The notes under the pieces are model-generated. The model was not told where the DNA came from. It made no database searches and worked only from the letters and a program-made list of their open reading frames with translations. A stretch of 64,000 nucleotides of DNA from Azolla caroliniana (lineage: Eukaryota; Plantae; Polypodiophyta), in NCBI GenBank assembly GCA_043228905.1, contig JBHGNT010000015.1, positions 5,084,001-5,148,000 on the forward strand. Direction: 5' to 3'. Below are positions 23,550 to 35,084 of this stretch, piece by piece. Each line of letters opens with the position of its first letter. Position 1 is the stretch's first letter. Both the position numbers and the translations under genes were made by a program.

Positions 23550-26500
23550 ATGGATAACTCAGGCTTCATCACTTCTCTCGCCACTTCCTTCCTCATCTTC
23601 ATCGCCCTCCTCGCCCTCCATACCCTGCTCTCCCGCCGCCCCGGCAATGCTCAGGTCTACTACCCTCGCAAGAAAGCCAAGAATATCTCCCCTCTCTACG
23701 GCCCTGGCATCTTCTCCTGGCTACGCGAAGCTTGGTCTGTTTCTGAGGAAGACTTCATCAAGGAGGCCGGCCTGGATGCTGCCATTTACATGAAGTTCCT
23801 TGCCTCTGGTAGCGCTATTACATTCCTAAATTCTTCGTAAATTTCTCGCATTCCTGAGTGTTTTTAATCATCTTCGTAAATTTCTCGCATTCTTCGTAAA
23901 TTTCTCGCTCTTGTCACAATGTAATGGCCTTCAAGTTGGAGCCTTCTTAATGTAATTCCTGTGTTTAGAGCGTCAATCTGGTTTAATTCAAGCAAAACAG
24001 CTGAATTCATCCTGGCATCTCTTGTATGCATCATTTCCCTTTTTTTGTAATCCTTAGTTTCCTTTCTGTTCTTCTGATTCCGGTTCTGTTGGCAGCTTTC
24101 TGCATTTGCATGTACACGGCCATCTTCTGCGTGCCTATCCTGCTTCCTGTTTCCATAACAGACAGGAATCTCGAGCTTGAGAAGAAGCAGAATGAGACGC
24201 TTGTGTACACGACATTTGATGAGGTCGCCATGGGGAATGTGCAGGTAAAATTTGATATATATATGTATGTATATATGTATGTATATCTATATGTATGTAT
24301 ATATGTATGTATATATATATGTATGTATATATATGTGTATATGTATATGCTAAGGACCTAGGGTTTGTGTCGAAATCGAACAGAAATCAGAGATCTGAGA
24401 GATAGAAGAGGAATGGAACTACTACAGATTTTTTTTTAATCTGAATGATGGATTTTTTGACTGATACAGGATGAGAGCAGACGCCTGTGGGCCTATGTAA
24501 TTGGAGCTTACTGGCTTACCATAACCACGCTGATTATACTCTGGAAATCCTACAAGAATGTGGTGAAGCGAAGATTTGAGGACCAATCTAACTCTCAGAC
24601 TGCAAAGCCAGAGCAATATGCTATCCTGGTGAGGGATATCCCTGTCCCTGCAACTGGTACCCTAACTGAAGAGGTGGAGATGTACTTCAGAACTCTGTAT
24701 CCTCAAACCTATGGGACCTCCATCATCATCACAAACTCTGCCAAGGTATGTATATATCTGCATATGGAATCCATATATCTCACCATATCCTTCCCAACTC
24801 GAAGAAACAGATTAGGGTTTTCATGGACCCATAAATGCTCAGTAACAAATCTGCCTTTTTCTTGACTACTGAGAAGAGTTATGGTTTTTGTGTGGGTAGC
24901 TTCCTTCAAAGGAGCCATGATCCCTTTTTTTTTACTCAAAGCGACTACTCTCTCTTTGCACTGCTCCATGACATAGTATCTCATCTGTGCTATTTCAGGC
25001 TTCTTTGCTATGGCGAGAAAGGGAGAGAGTTAGGAGGAGGCTTGTTCATGCAGAGGCAGTCAATGAGAAGAAGAAGACCAGACCAACGCACAGGGCTGGA
25101 ATTCTAGGTCTTTTTAGACCTCCAGTGGATTCCATTGATTACTACAGAGAAAAGAAAGAGAGGATAGAAGGAGTTCTGAAGGAGATGCAGGTCTCCATGG
25201 CAAAATCCACGTCTCAGAAAGGCGCTGCCATTGTCATCTTCAAAAACAGAGCGGCTGCTACTAATGCATCTCAGGTTTTTAAACATCTTGGGTCAATAGT
25301 TACCTCATTCTCTGAAGGCATTTCAAGATAAAAGAAAATGTTAAGAATTTGAATCGAAGAATCGCCTCGTTCTCCCAAGGCATTTCAAAAGATAAAAAAA
25401 AATGTTAATAATTTGCCCTTCGATTCGCAGGTCAGACATAGCCTTTACGCGAATAAATGGACGACCTTTGCAGCCCCTGAGCCTAGAGAAGTGATCTGGG
25501 GAAACCTCCCTATATCATTTGTACAGAGACGCATCCGGCAGGTCACAGTCTATTTCGTGGTCTCGCTCACGGTTCTTTTCTACATGATCCCCATAGCTTT
25601 CGTGTCGGCCATTATCTCCCTCGATAACTTGAAGCTGAAGCTACCATTCCTGGCTCCTCTGGTGGATATCCCAGCAGTGAATGCAGTACTCCAAGCATTT
25701 TTACCTCAGATTGTTCTCATTATCTTCATTCTCATCCTGCCTGGGGCACTCTTGAAGATCTCAACCATGGAAGGGATTCTTTCGAAAAGCCATCGCGACA
25801 GGGCAGCTGCCGGCAAATTCTTCTACTTCAATGTTTTCAATGTCTTCTTGGGTGTGACCTTAGCAGGAAGCTTATTCGCGTCGCTCAAAGGCATCATCGA
25901 TCGCCCCAAATCCATAGTCACACTTCTAAGTGAATCCCTCCCTGGGCAAGCCAACTTCTTCATCTCATTTGTGGCCCTCAGGTTACCTCTCCTCTCATCC
26001 CTGCTTTATTCTGTTACTTTTGCATGCCTAAGTGTATATCTAATGCACAGACACATGCATTTCTAATTAAAAGAGTGTCGTTCCTTCACAATTGTGACTG
26101 AAAATTTTCGCTGTCGGGGATGGCTTGTCAATTTAATCATGTGCAGGTTCTTTGTGGGTTATGGATTGACACTCTCGAGAATAATTCCCCTCATCAAATT
26201 CCATTTCAAGAAGAAGATCGGATTGATTATGACCAAACTTGAAATCAAAGAAGCATGTGCTCCTAAGTCTTTCAGATACGCAACTCGAGTTCCAGCAGAT
26301 ATGCTCGTTTTGACGATCACTCTTTGCTACGCAGTCATATCGCCACTGATTTTGGTATTTGCCATCATCTACTTTGGTCTGGGCTGGCTACTCATGCGGA
26401 ATCTGGTAAGCTCAATGGGCAGAGCATGCATAGCAGCATTAGATAAGAATGTCACCACTTTAAAAAAATGTAGTACATTACACTCACTTGCCTAGTACTT

Positions 26501-27023
26501 AATCCATGTACATCTAATTTGGTGTGTATACCCTAGTTAAGTATGTGTAGATTTAAGTCTATGGCAATGAAGAGGCTATAAGCATTTTCCTCTAATTTTC
26601 TGACAACTCTTTTCTGCTTCTTTTGTGTTTTCCGTCTAGGCGCTCAATGTGATGGTGCCGAAGTACGAGAGCGGAGGTAAGATGTGGCCTCACATTCATT
26701 CCCGGATAGTCGCCTCTCTCCTCTTATCCCAGCTCACAATGCTGGGCTATTTCGGAGTCAAGAAGTTCGTGTATGTGCCACTACTATTGCCACCATTGGT
26801 CGCGACTCTCATTTTTGCATACATTTGTCGAGAGTTCTTCTACCCATCTTTCAACGCGACTCCTCTCTACGCCACTTACATGGAACCAGCTAATACTCCT
26901 CTTATTGAGTCGATCGTCCGATATTACACCCCTGCCTATCTTGCTACTGAACTGACTCTTGATGTGGAGGAGGCTGCGAGGCATATGAATGAGAGTTTCG
27001 AGTTTACCGAAGGCGAAGAGTAG
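23550..27023 (+). CDS. ERD4: ERD4/OSCA3-type CSC1-like Ca2+-permeable osmo/mechanosensitive channel, paralog 1; 7 exons, 717 aa
   Basis: Exons 23550-23808, 24096-24244, 24470-24745, 24999-25274, 25431-25981, 26147-26405 and 26640-27023. All introns are GT-AG and the frame stays open (2154 nt). Motifs: FITSLATSFLIF, YAILVRDIP, APEPREVIW, FYFNVFNVFLG, SLPGQANFF, YESGGKMWPHIH (RSN1_TM / PHM7_cyt / RSN1_7TM). Confidence 0.93.
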
Positions 27024-27760
27024 TAGTGAGTGGCTGGAAACTCAATGCTTCACTACAGAACATGGAAGATTTTGACCATTCTCTTGTTGTATTTTATATG
27101 CATACATATGTAGCCTTTCTTCTTAGCCAATTCATGTCCTTGTTGTGATGATTCCCTTTCAGTTCATCATTCTCTTGTTGTATGATGTATCCTACACACA
27201 GCATGCTGCATGGCTGCTTGCTACTAAATTAACTCAAATTATCTCCGACCTCTAGGCTACCCATTCCAATGGATATGTTTTGGGGTTTCCTTTGCTTTCT
27301 AGAGGGCCATACCAGAACTACCAAAACATTGTTTTTGTAAACTCATGAAAGGTGGGTATTTTGTAGCTCCCTTGTAAATATTTATAAATCATTACAAATT
27401 GATCTCTAAAGGCAATTTCATCAATCTGTACATATCTAAAAAACAGAATGAATCCAACAATGTGCACTGCATATCTTGTTGATATTCTCACAAAGATGAG
27501 TTGGGGATAATGTCAAATATAATCAATAATCAACCCCAAGTTGTCAACTTATCCCCATATGTACTCTTAGAGTGCACATTTTGTGATAGCACCCCCAATG
27601 AGGACTAGCTATTGTGCAACTCGACCATATGAGTAGATAAGGTGTCAATCTAGGAAACCGGAGATGAGTAGGACACAATGTATTTAGGAAAGGGCGAAGT
27701 AGGCTAATAAGATTAGCTAATCAAATCAACTAGAAGAATATTTTGAGGGCAAGTTACGAT

Positions 27761-27864
27761 ATACTTAGTCTTAAAGTATGTGCCATTGACTTTAAGATAA
27801 GTACTATTTAACATACTTAGTCTTGAAGTATGTGCCATTGACTTTAAGATAAGTACTATTTAAC
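27761..27864. repeat. 52-bp tandem duplication
   Basis: ATACTTAGTCTT(A/G)AAGTATGTGCCATTGACTTTAAGATAAGTACTATTTAAC occurs twice. Confidence 0.9.
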
Positions 27865-28064
27865 AGTAGTTGTATCTAGGGATCTAGGTCATATTAAATG
27901 ACAAGTCAGTTGGCAGAAAAGGAATATCTCCACTGTTATCAATTGACTTGGTCATCTAATGTTACACTCAAACCAAATAGAGAACATAATCTACACTCTT
28001 GCACAATGGTTGTGACCATTATCAGTCCCCACTAATTTTGTAGTGAATTGGTCCAGATCCCATC

Positions 28065-31000
28065 TGTTACGGGCATGACCATATAATATCCCGTGGTAAG
28101 AATTTACCGTAGTATTCTATACACGTGGATAAGTGTGAGGGTTAAATGAGAGTGTAAAGAAGGGGAGGATTACTTTTAATCCTCGGGATTGAGACAACCC
28201 ATTAGGTCAAGTGTGAACTTGCCTGGGGGCCTTGGGTATCGCTATAAATAAGAGGCCTAGCTACCCTCATTTGATCATCTTTTGACTACATCGAGACTCT
28301 GCTCGTGGGGTGGGTCAACTCTTGTAGCGAGCGCGCCAGCACCAGGTACGACTCGACGCCACGGCGGTGGTATGGGACACCGATCGAGGCTCGAGTCCGT
28401 CTCGATCCCTTCGCTCGGGGGTGGTCGGGTGGATCGGCACCCTTCTTTCTCTTTCTCCTTTCTATCTTTCATTTCTTTATCCTTATCTTAAGCTTACTTT
28501 AGTACCTAGATCTATAATATTTGGTATCAGATTTTTGTACTAATGTTTCTTTGTTTTTCATTTGTCTTTTGATTGATGCTGATCGATCGTTGTGCGGTTG
28601 GCCTTGATCTAGACAACGATCAACAAAGAACTTCGGTAACTCTTTCCATAATTTTTCTTTCTATTCTCTCTTCTCCCATCTAATCATGTGTTTAGTTTAT
28701 ATGTAATTTTTTTCATTAAGTCAATGATGTTGTAGTGGTCTTTAATTGATTATCTAAAACGTTTACATATGTGCACGAGGTCAATACCTCGTTTGACATA
28801 TTAATAATATGTGATGAGTGTCGTATGCGTACGAGGTTAATACCTCAATTACGTATTACGTTCACGAACATATGTTACGTTTGCGTATGAGTTTAATACC
28901 TTGATTTGTTGTAAACGATATGCGTTTGGTCTCGTATGCGTAAGAGGTCAATACCTCCATTGCGTATTACGATGATCTCTTATTTGTGGATGTTTCGTGT
29001 GCGTAGAGGTATATACCTCGATTACGTATCTCGATCACATCATTTGTGGCTATTTACTATAACGATATGTTTAATATAGGCATATGTGGTCACATATATA
29101 CGTATTTGATCGTATATATGTGATAAGTAAACATATGTGTATATTCGTTATTACGTGATTATATCGAAAGTTGTCCTTATCGGGAAAAGGATGTTGGTGG
29201 CCGTCCTCACATTTTTGTGAGAATGGTGTTGTCACCATCCCTTTTTCAACATTTTTTTTTATTGTTGATAACCCCGTTGACGACCTCGATTTCGTTACGT
29301 AAAGAAACGCGAATAGCCAAAATGATGTTGAGTACGTAGGGCTTGACCCACTTCAAGTGAGGTCGCTCCAATGACGCACGTATCCAACATCCCTCCCTCG
29401 TTACATGGATACGATGCCACCATGAGCTCGTTCTTAGAGAGGCATTCGTAATGACGTGACCATGTGATGGCCCACGTGAGCCTACTACGAAACGAGGGCT
29501 CATTTGGCTTGACCATTAGGTTGCACTTTGGCGTATGCCATCGTAATTACGAGACTTGAGGTTAGGTAACGTACCAACATAGTTTTGGTAAATGAGGGCG
29601 CAATAAGGACCCTTGACATATATGTTCTTTTAAAAAAACATATATGATCAATTGCCTCGCATATCTCTTATACGCATCAAACATTAAGCATTCGAGAAGA
29701 GCAACTTACTTGGTTGGCTCAAGTGTTTAATGTATTTGTTCTCGAGGTCTCGAGTTCAAATATGACCAAGACCATACAACATCCTTGATACATATGACTA
29801 TAACACATGTTTAGACTTAAGGTCTAAGTGCACCTCGGGGTCCTCGTAATAGGACTTAAAGAGCCGAAACCACTTATGTGGGCACCGAAACATAGTTTAT
29901 TGTTAACATTTTTTTTCGTGTATAAACTATTCATGACGCGAACATACATGGTTGAGCCTCGGGGAGCCACCATGAAAAAATCGATATAGAGATCAGGGAA
30001 AGACATTTATTTGTCACCCCCATGGTTTTTAAAACACCTTTGTGTTACCATAGTAACCTGATCTTGAACCTCATCTCATACGTCTAGAGGGGTATTGACG
30101 TGAGATAATGATATCGATTAATGCTCGCCCATGATATGTTTACATCACGACAAGATGTTATGACTATATCTCTGACCTTATCCTATTTCTTTTCCAGAAA
30201 TAATCTTTAATGGCTCAAATTAGCGACCCGATGTCATCCGCTCAAGCGGAAGGAACTCAAGGGAATCCTCCTGGACAAATGTCCACTGAGATGTATTTGG
30301 CACAAATAACCCAATACCTTAGTTTCACCGCTCAACAGATGACCGAACTTCGGCAATCTCAGAGTGCTCTTGAGGCACGTGTCATTAGTCTACAACGTGA
30401 GACTAATAGACCTGATGAGCGACAAGGTGAACCATCATTTGTCGTTAAGCCATTTATGGGAGACAAAAAGGAAAGAACCGAAGAAGCAATCTGCACATGG
30501 CTGGGACGATGGGAGTCTCATTTTGAGCTCTATCCCACGCCAAATAGTACGAAGATTGCATATGTCGGCCGAGAACTCGGGGGTAAGGCCGCCGCCTGGT
30601 GGCGTGGCCTCCGTACTATGGGGAAATTGCCCGATACCTGGACAGATTTTGTCATGGTTTTTAAGGGCCAATTTCTACAACCTCCCTCTCGAACCGAGGC
30701 AGCACAAGCTTTAATGAACCTCTCTAGCAGGAAATTTTCCTCGCTAGAAGACTATGTTCACCATGCTAGAACCCAAATCCAAAAATCGGGTCTAGAAGGG
30801 GACAATTGGTTGATAGCTTGTTTTGTCAATGGCATCCCCAATTCGGACTATCACTGGATAGTGCACGATAAGGATCCAAAATCCTTCGAAGAGGCCGTTG
30901 AAATAGTTCTTCGCTATCAACGCACTTCGAAGAAGGACCATAACAAACCCAACGAAGCGCCCGGGACTAAGCAGTTGCAATTTGTTGGGAAACGCAAGAC

Positions 31001-34000
31001 ACCCAACGAATTCCTGGATCGCAATTGTAAGCGACAACATCCTTTTTGTGTATTCTGCAAAAAGAAGGGTCATACAAAAGATCAATGTCGAAAGCTCCAA
31101 CGGAAAGAGCACGACAACAAAGCTAAAGCTGCAGACCATAAAGGTCAGATTCCTAATGTCCTTCAGGTCTATACACATCATTTAAGTAATTGTCAATGTT
31201 CTTTCCCTCACTATGTATTGGGTCCCAATGATTTACTACGTGCAAACGGGTATATCAATGGATCTCCCGTACAATTTTTATTTGATTCGGGAAGCTCACA
31301 CAATTTTGTGAATGATCGTTTGGTTCAGATATGGGGAATCCAACCCACCGTAAGTGATCACACCTACACGGTGCACTTGGCTGATGGAAGAGTACAATAC
31401 ATCAACGGGGCGATTCATTCATTAGGAATTTCTATTGATACTTATATAGAGGAAGTAGACTTCCATGTAATGAATCTTTGTACCACCGATGTAATACTGG
31501 GTTATCCCTGGTTTTATAATAAAAACTCTTCTTTATTTATTGATTGGGTTAGTCATTCCATTTCTTTTGTACTGAACGATTGTACGCATTTTATTCAATG
31601 TGTAAAAAAACAATCCCTCTCGATTGTTTCCTCGTGTCCATCAATATCCGAGTTGTCTTGTTCTACGTTATTTTATTGTGTACTTGATCTGGACATTCAC
31701 GTTTACAATATCGATAATGTCCCGATTCAATTAACATATTTTGAACAACAACAACTTGATGAAATCTTAAATGATTTTCATGATGTTTTTCCAAGTGAAC
31801 TACCTGATGGGTTACCTCCTAAACGTAATATAGACCATCGTATAGATATTGTACCTGGTGTTGCACCAATAAGTATACCTCCGTATCGCTTAAGTCGATC
31901 CGAAGAAGATGAGGTATCTAAGCAACTCAAGGACTATTTACGAATGGGTTATATACGTTATAGTAAATCTCCATGGGGTGCACCAGTTCTCTTGGTTAGA
32001 AAGAAAGAGGGCACATGGCGTATGTGTATTAATTACCGACGCTTGAATAAAGTGATGATCAAGAATTCGTATCCATTGCCCCGGGCTGACGATCTAATTG
32101 ACCGTCTCCAGGGAGCTCGGTATTTTACAAAACTTGATCTCCGTACTGGCTACCATCAAATACGAATAAGTGAGGACGATGTTCCTAAAACGGCATTTCG
32201 TACGCGCTATGGCCATTACGAGTTTTTGGTTATGCCTTTTGGTTTGACCAATGCTCCGGCTACTTTTCAACAAGAAATGAATGACATTTTCCGAGAACAA
32301 CTTGGAAAATTTGTCGTTATTTTCCTGGATGATATTTTAGTTTATAGCCGTACATTACAAGAACATGCTAGACATGTCCGCTTTGTTCTACAAACATTGC
32401 GTGACAAACAGTTTTATGCGAAGATCTCAAAATGTGAGTTCTTCAAGAAATCAATTACTTATCTAGGACATCTCATAACCGAACGAGGAGTTGAAATTGA
32501 TCCTTCTCGCATTGAGAAAATCAAGCTTTGGCCCACTCTTCGGAATATTCGAGAAGTTCGATCATTCCTTGGTTTTGTGGGGTTTTTGCGAAAGTCTCTT
32601 CGTAATTACTCCCAATTGACGACGCCGTTTATTGATCTTTTAAAAGGTCAAACGCGTAAGTCTACAAAACCTATTGTGTGGAATGCTACACTAGACCTTG
32701 CATTTAAGGAACTCAAGGACCTAGTTTGCAAGGCTCCTTCACTTCTTTTACCTGATCCTTCAAAACCTTTTGAGGTTGAAACCGATGCAAGCGATTATGC
32801 TATAGGTGCTGTCTTGTATCAAGATGGTAAACCAATAGCATTCGAGAGTAAGAAACTTGATTCTGCTCAATGTCGGTATACCGTTCAAGAAAAGGAATTA
32901 TTTGCAGTTATACATGCGCTCAAAACATGGCGCCATTATCTTTATGGAAAGCACTTTGTGGTAACTACGGACCACGAGTCCTTGAAATATTTTTGTGACC
33001 AACAAGACCTGAAAGGTCGTAAGGCACGATGGGCTGATCTCATCCAGGACTTTGATTTTTCCATACGATATCGTAAAGGTTCCATGAACATTGTCGCTGA
33101 TGCACTAAGTCGCATCCGTGAAGTTAACACGCTTAGCTTCACTGAAATATCATCAGATCTTTATGATCACCTTCGAGGAAAGTATCCTGATGACAGTTAT
33201 TTCGCAAAATACTAGGCTAGAGTTGAGTCTGGAACAGACACCACCACATCCTTGAAGGAATACTTCCACATTGCTAACGGTTTGCTCTACCGTAATGGGA
33301 AGGTTTGTGTTCCAGATTTACCCGAGGTCAAAAAGAGGATTCTTTTTGAATGCCATGATGCACCCTCACCAGGGCACCCTGGAATACATCGTACACTCGT
33401 TCTTATCTCCACTCAATTTTATTGGCCTAAGATGCGTCCTGACATACATAGCTATGTGACTAAATGTCACCAGTGTCAGGTTAACAAAGCCGAGCGACTT
33501 AAAGCCGCAGGACTTTTACATCCCTTGGACATTCCCAATAATAAGTGGGAAAGTATATCCATGGATTTTATTGTTAGCCTTCCTCGCACCCAAAAAGGTC
33601 ATGATGCCATCTGGGTTGTCGTTGATCGACTAACTAAAATGGCCAGATTTATTGCTACGAAAACCACGGTAACAGCTCCTGAATTGGCTTACCAATTTGT
33701 TGACGAATTGTTTCGTTTTTAGGGGTTACCGATGGATATCGTGAGTGATCGAGATCCAAAGTTTACTAGTGACTTCTGGACACAAGTCTTTAAGAAGTTA
33801 GAAACTACGTTGAGCATGAGCTCCACGGATCATCCTCAATCCGATGGACAGACAGAACGAGTAAATCAAATTATTGAGGACATGCTTCGAGCATACGTTG
33901 GTGCAAAACCAACAAAATGGGAACGTTATCTCCCAATTTTGGAGTTTGCTTATAACAGCTCCAAGCATACGTCGACGGGATATAGTCCTTTTATGTTGAT

Positions 34001-35084
34001 GTATGGTTTTCAGCCACGAGCCCCGATTGATGTTACTATACATCATGATGAGTTGCGAAGTACGCAAAACTTTCTTCGGGATATGCAAGATATGTTGCAT
34101 ATTGCACGAGATAATATAAAAACAGCTCAAGATAGAGCGCGTTTTTATGCCGATCATCATAGGCAACCTCGTGTATTCAACCCTGGACAGAAGGTATTTT
34201 TACGTGTACCTCACAATTCTAAGACACTGTCTACGGGTAAGTGCGCTAAGTTAGCCCCACGGTTTTGTGGACCTTTTACAGTCCTCAAACGCATTGGGTC
34301 ATCAGCCTATCGTCTCGCTCTTCCCGATGGTGTCGGAATTCATCCAGTCTTTCATGTGAGTCGTCTAAAAGAACTTCTAGGTTCTGGTGACAATACAGTT
34401 ACGACTGAAACTCTGGTTACTTCTGAAGAATTATCTTCTAAACCACATGTACCAGAAAGAATTCTCGATGTTAAAACAAAAAAATTACGTACTAAAGAAA
34501 TCCGAGAATTCAAAATAAAATGGATGGATAAATCAATAAAAGATGCCACATGGGAACGCGAAAATACTCTTAGAACTAACTTCCCTAACTTTCCATTGCA
34601 AGAGTGCAATGTTTTAAAGAGGGGGAGTATGTTACGGGCATGACCATATAATATCCCGTGGTAAGAATTTACCGTAGTATTCTATACACGTGGATAAGTG
34701 TGAGGGTTAAATGAGAGTGTAAAGAAGGGGAGGATTACTTTTAATCCTCGGGATTGAGACAACCCATTAGGTCAAGTGTGAACTTGCCTGGGGGCCTTGG
34801 GTATCGCTATAAATAAGAGGCCTAGCTACCCTCATTTGATCATCTTTTGACTACATCGAGACTCTGCTCGTGTGGTGGGTCAACTCTTGTAGCGAGCGCG
34901 CCAGCACCAGGTACGACTCGACGCCACGGCGGTGGTATGGGACGCCGATCGAGGCTCGAGTCCGTCTCGATCCCTTCGCTCGGGGGTGGTCGGGTGGATC
35001 GGCACCCTTCTTTCTCTTTCTCCTTTCTATCTTTCATTTCTTTATCCTTATCTTAAGCTTACTTTAGTACCTAGATCTATAATA
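28065..35084 (+). mobile_element. Full-length Ty3/gypsy chromovirus, copy 1 (455-bp LTRs at 28065-28519 and 34630-35084)
   Basis: TSD CCATC (28060-28064 and 35085-35089), PBS TGGTATCAGA (tRNA-iMet) at 28522, PPT AGAGGGGGAGTA before the 3' LTR. The LTRs differ at about 2 sites and end TG...TA. Confidence 0.97.
30210..34643 (+). pseudogene. Chromovirus gag-pol polyprotein (Gag, CCHC, PR, RT, RNase H, IN, chromodomain) with two in-frame TAG stops
   Basis: ORFs 30210-33215, 33252-33722 and 33732-34643 share one frame. Motifs: [37 protein letters not shown] and the chromodomain PERILD...KIKW...ATWE. Confidence 0.95.

Noticed and set aside
23174-23557. Upstream ORF overlapping the OSCA start
   Set aside because: Non-ATG start running through promoter and low-complexity 5' UTR sequence; no recognisable protein.
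28765-29030. CRISPR array
   Set aside because: The repeats are degenerate and lie in a plant retrotransposon leader, no cas genes are present, and the spacers show partial mutual similarity. Kept as a hairpin array instead.
29708-29775. Functional tRNA gene
   Set aside because: No complete cloverleaf or anticodon arm could be built.
33213-33215. Programmed stop-codon readthrough between RNase H and integrase
   Set aside because: Copy 2 has TGG (Trp) at this position and a second stop follows, so it is best read as a nonsense mutation.
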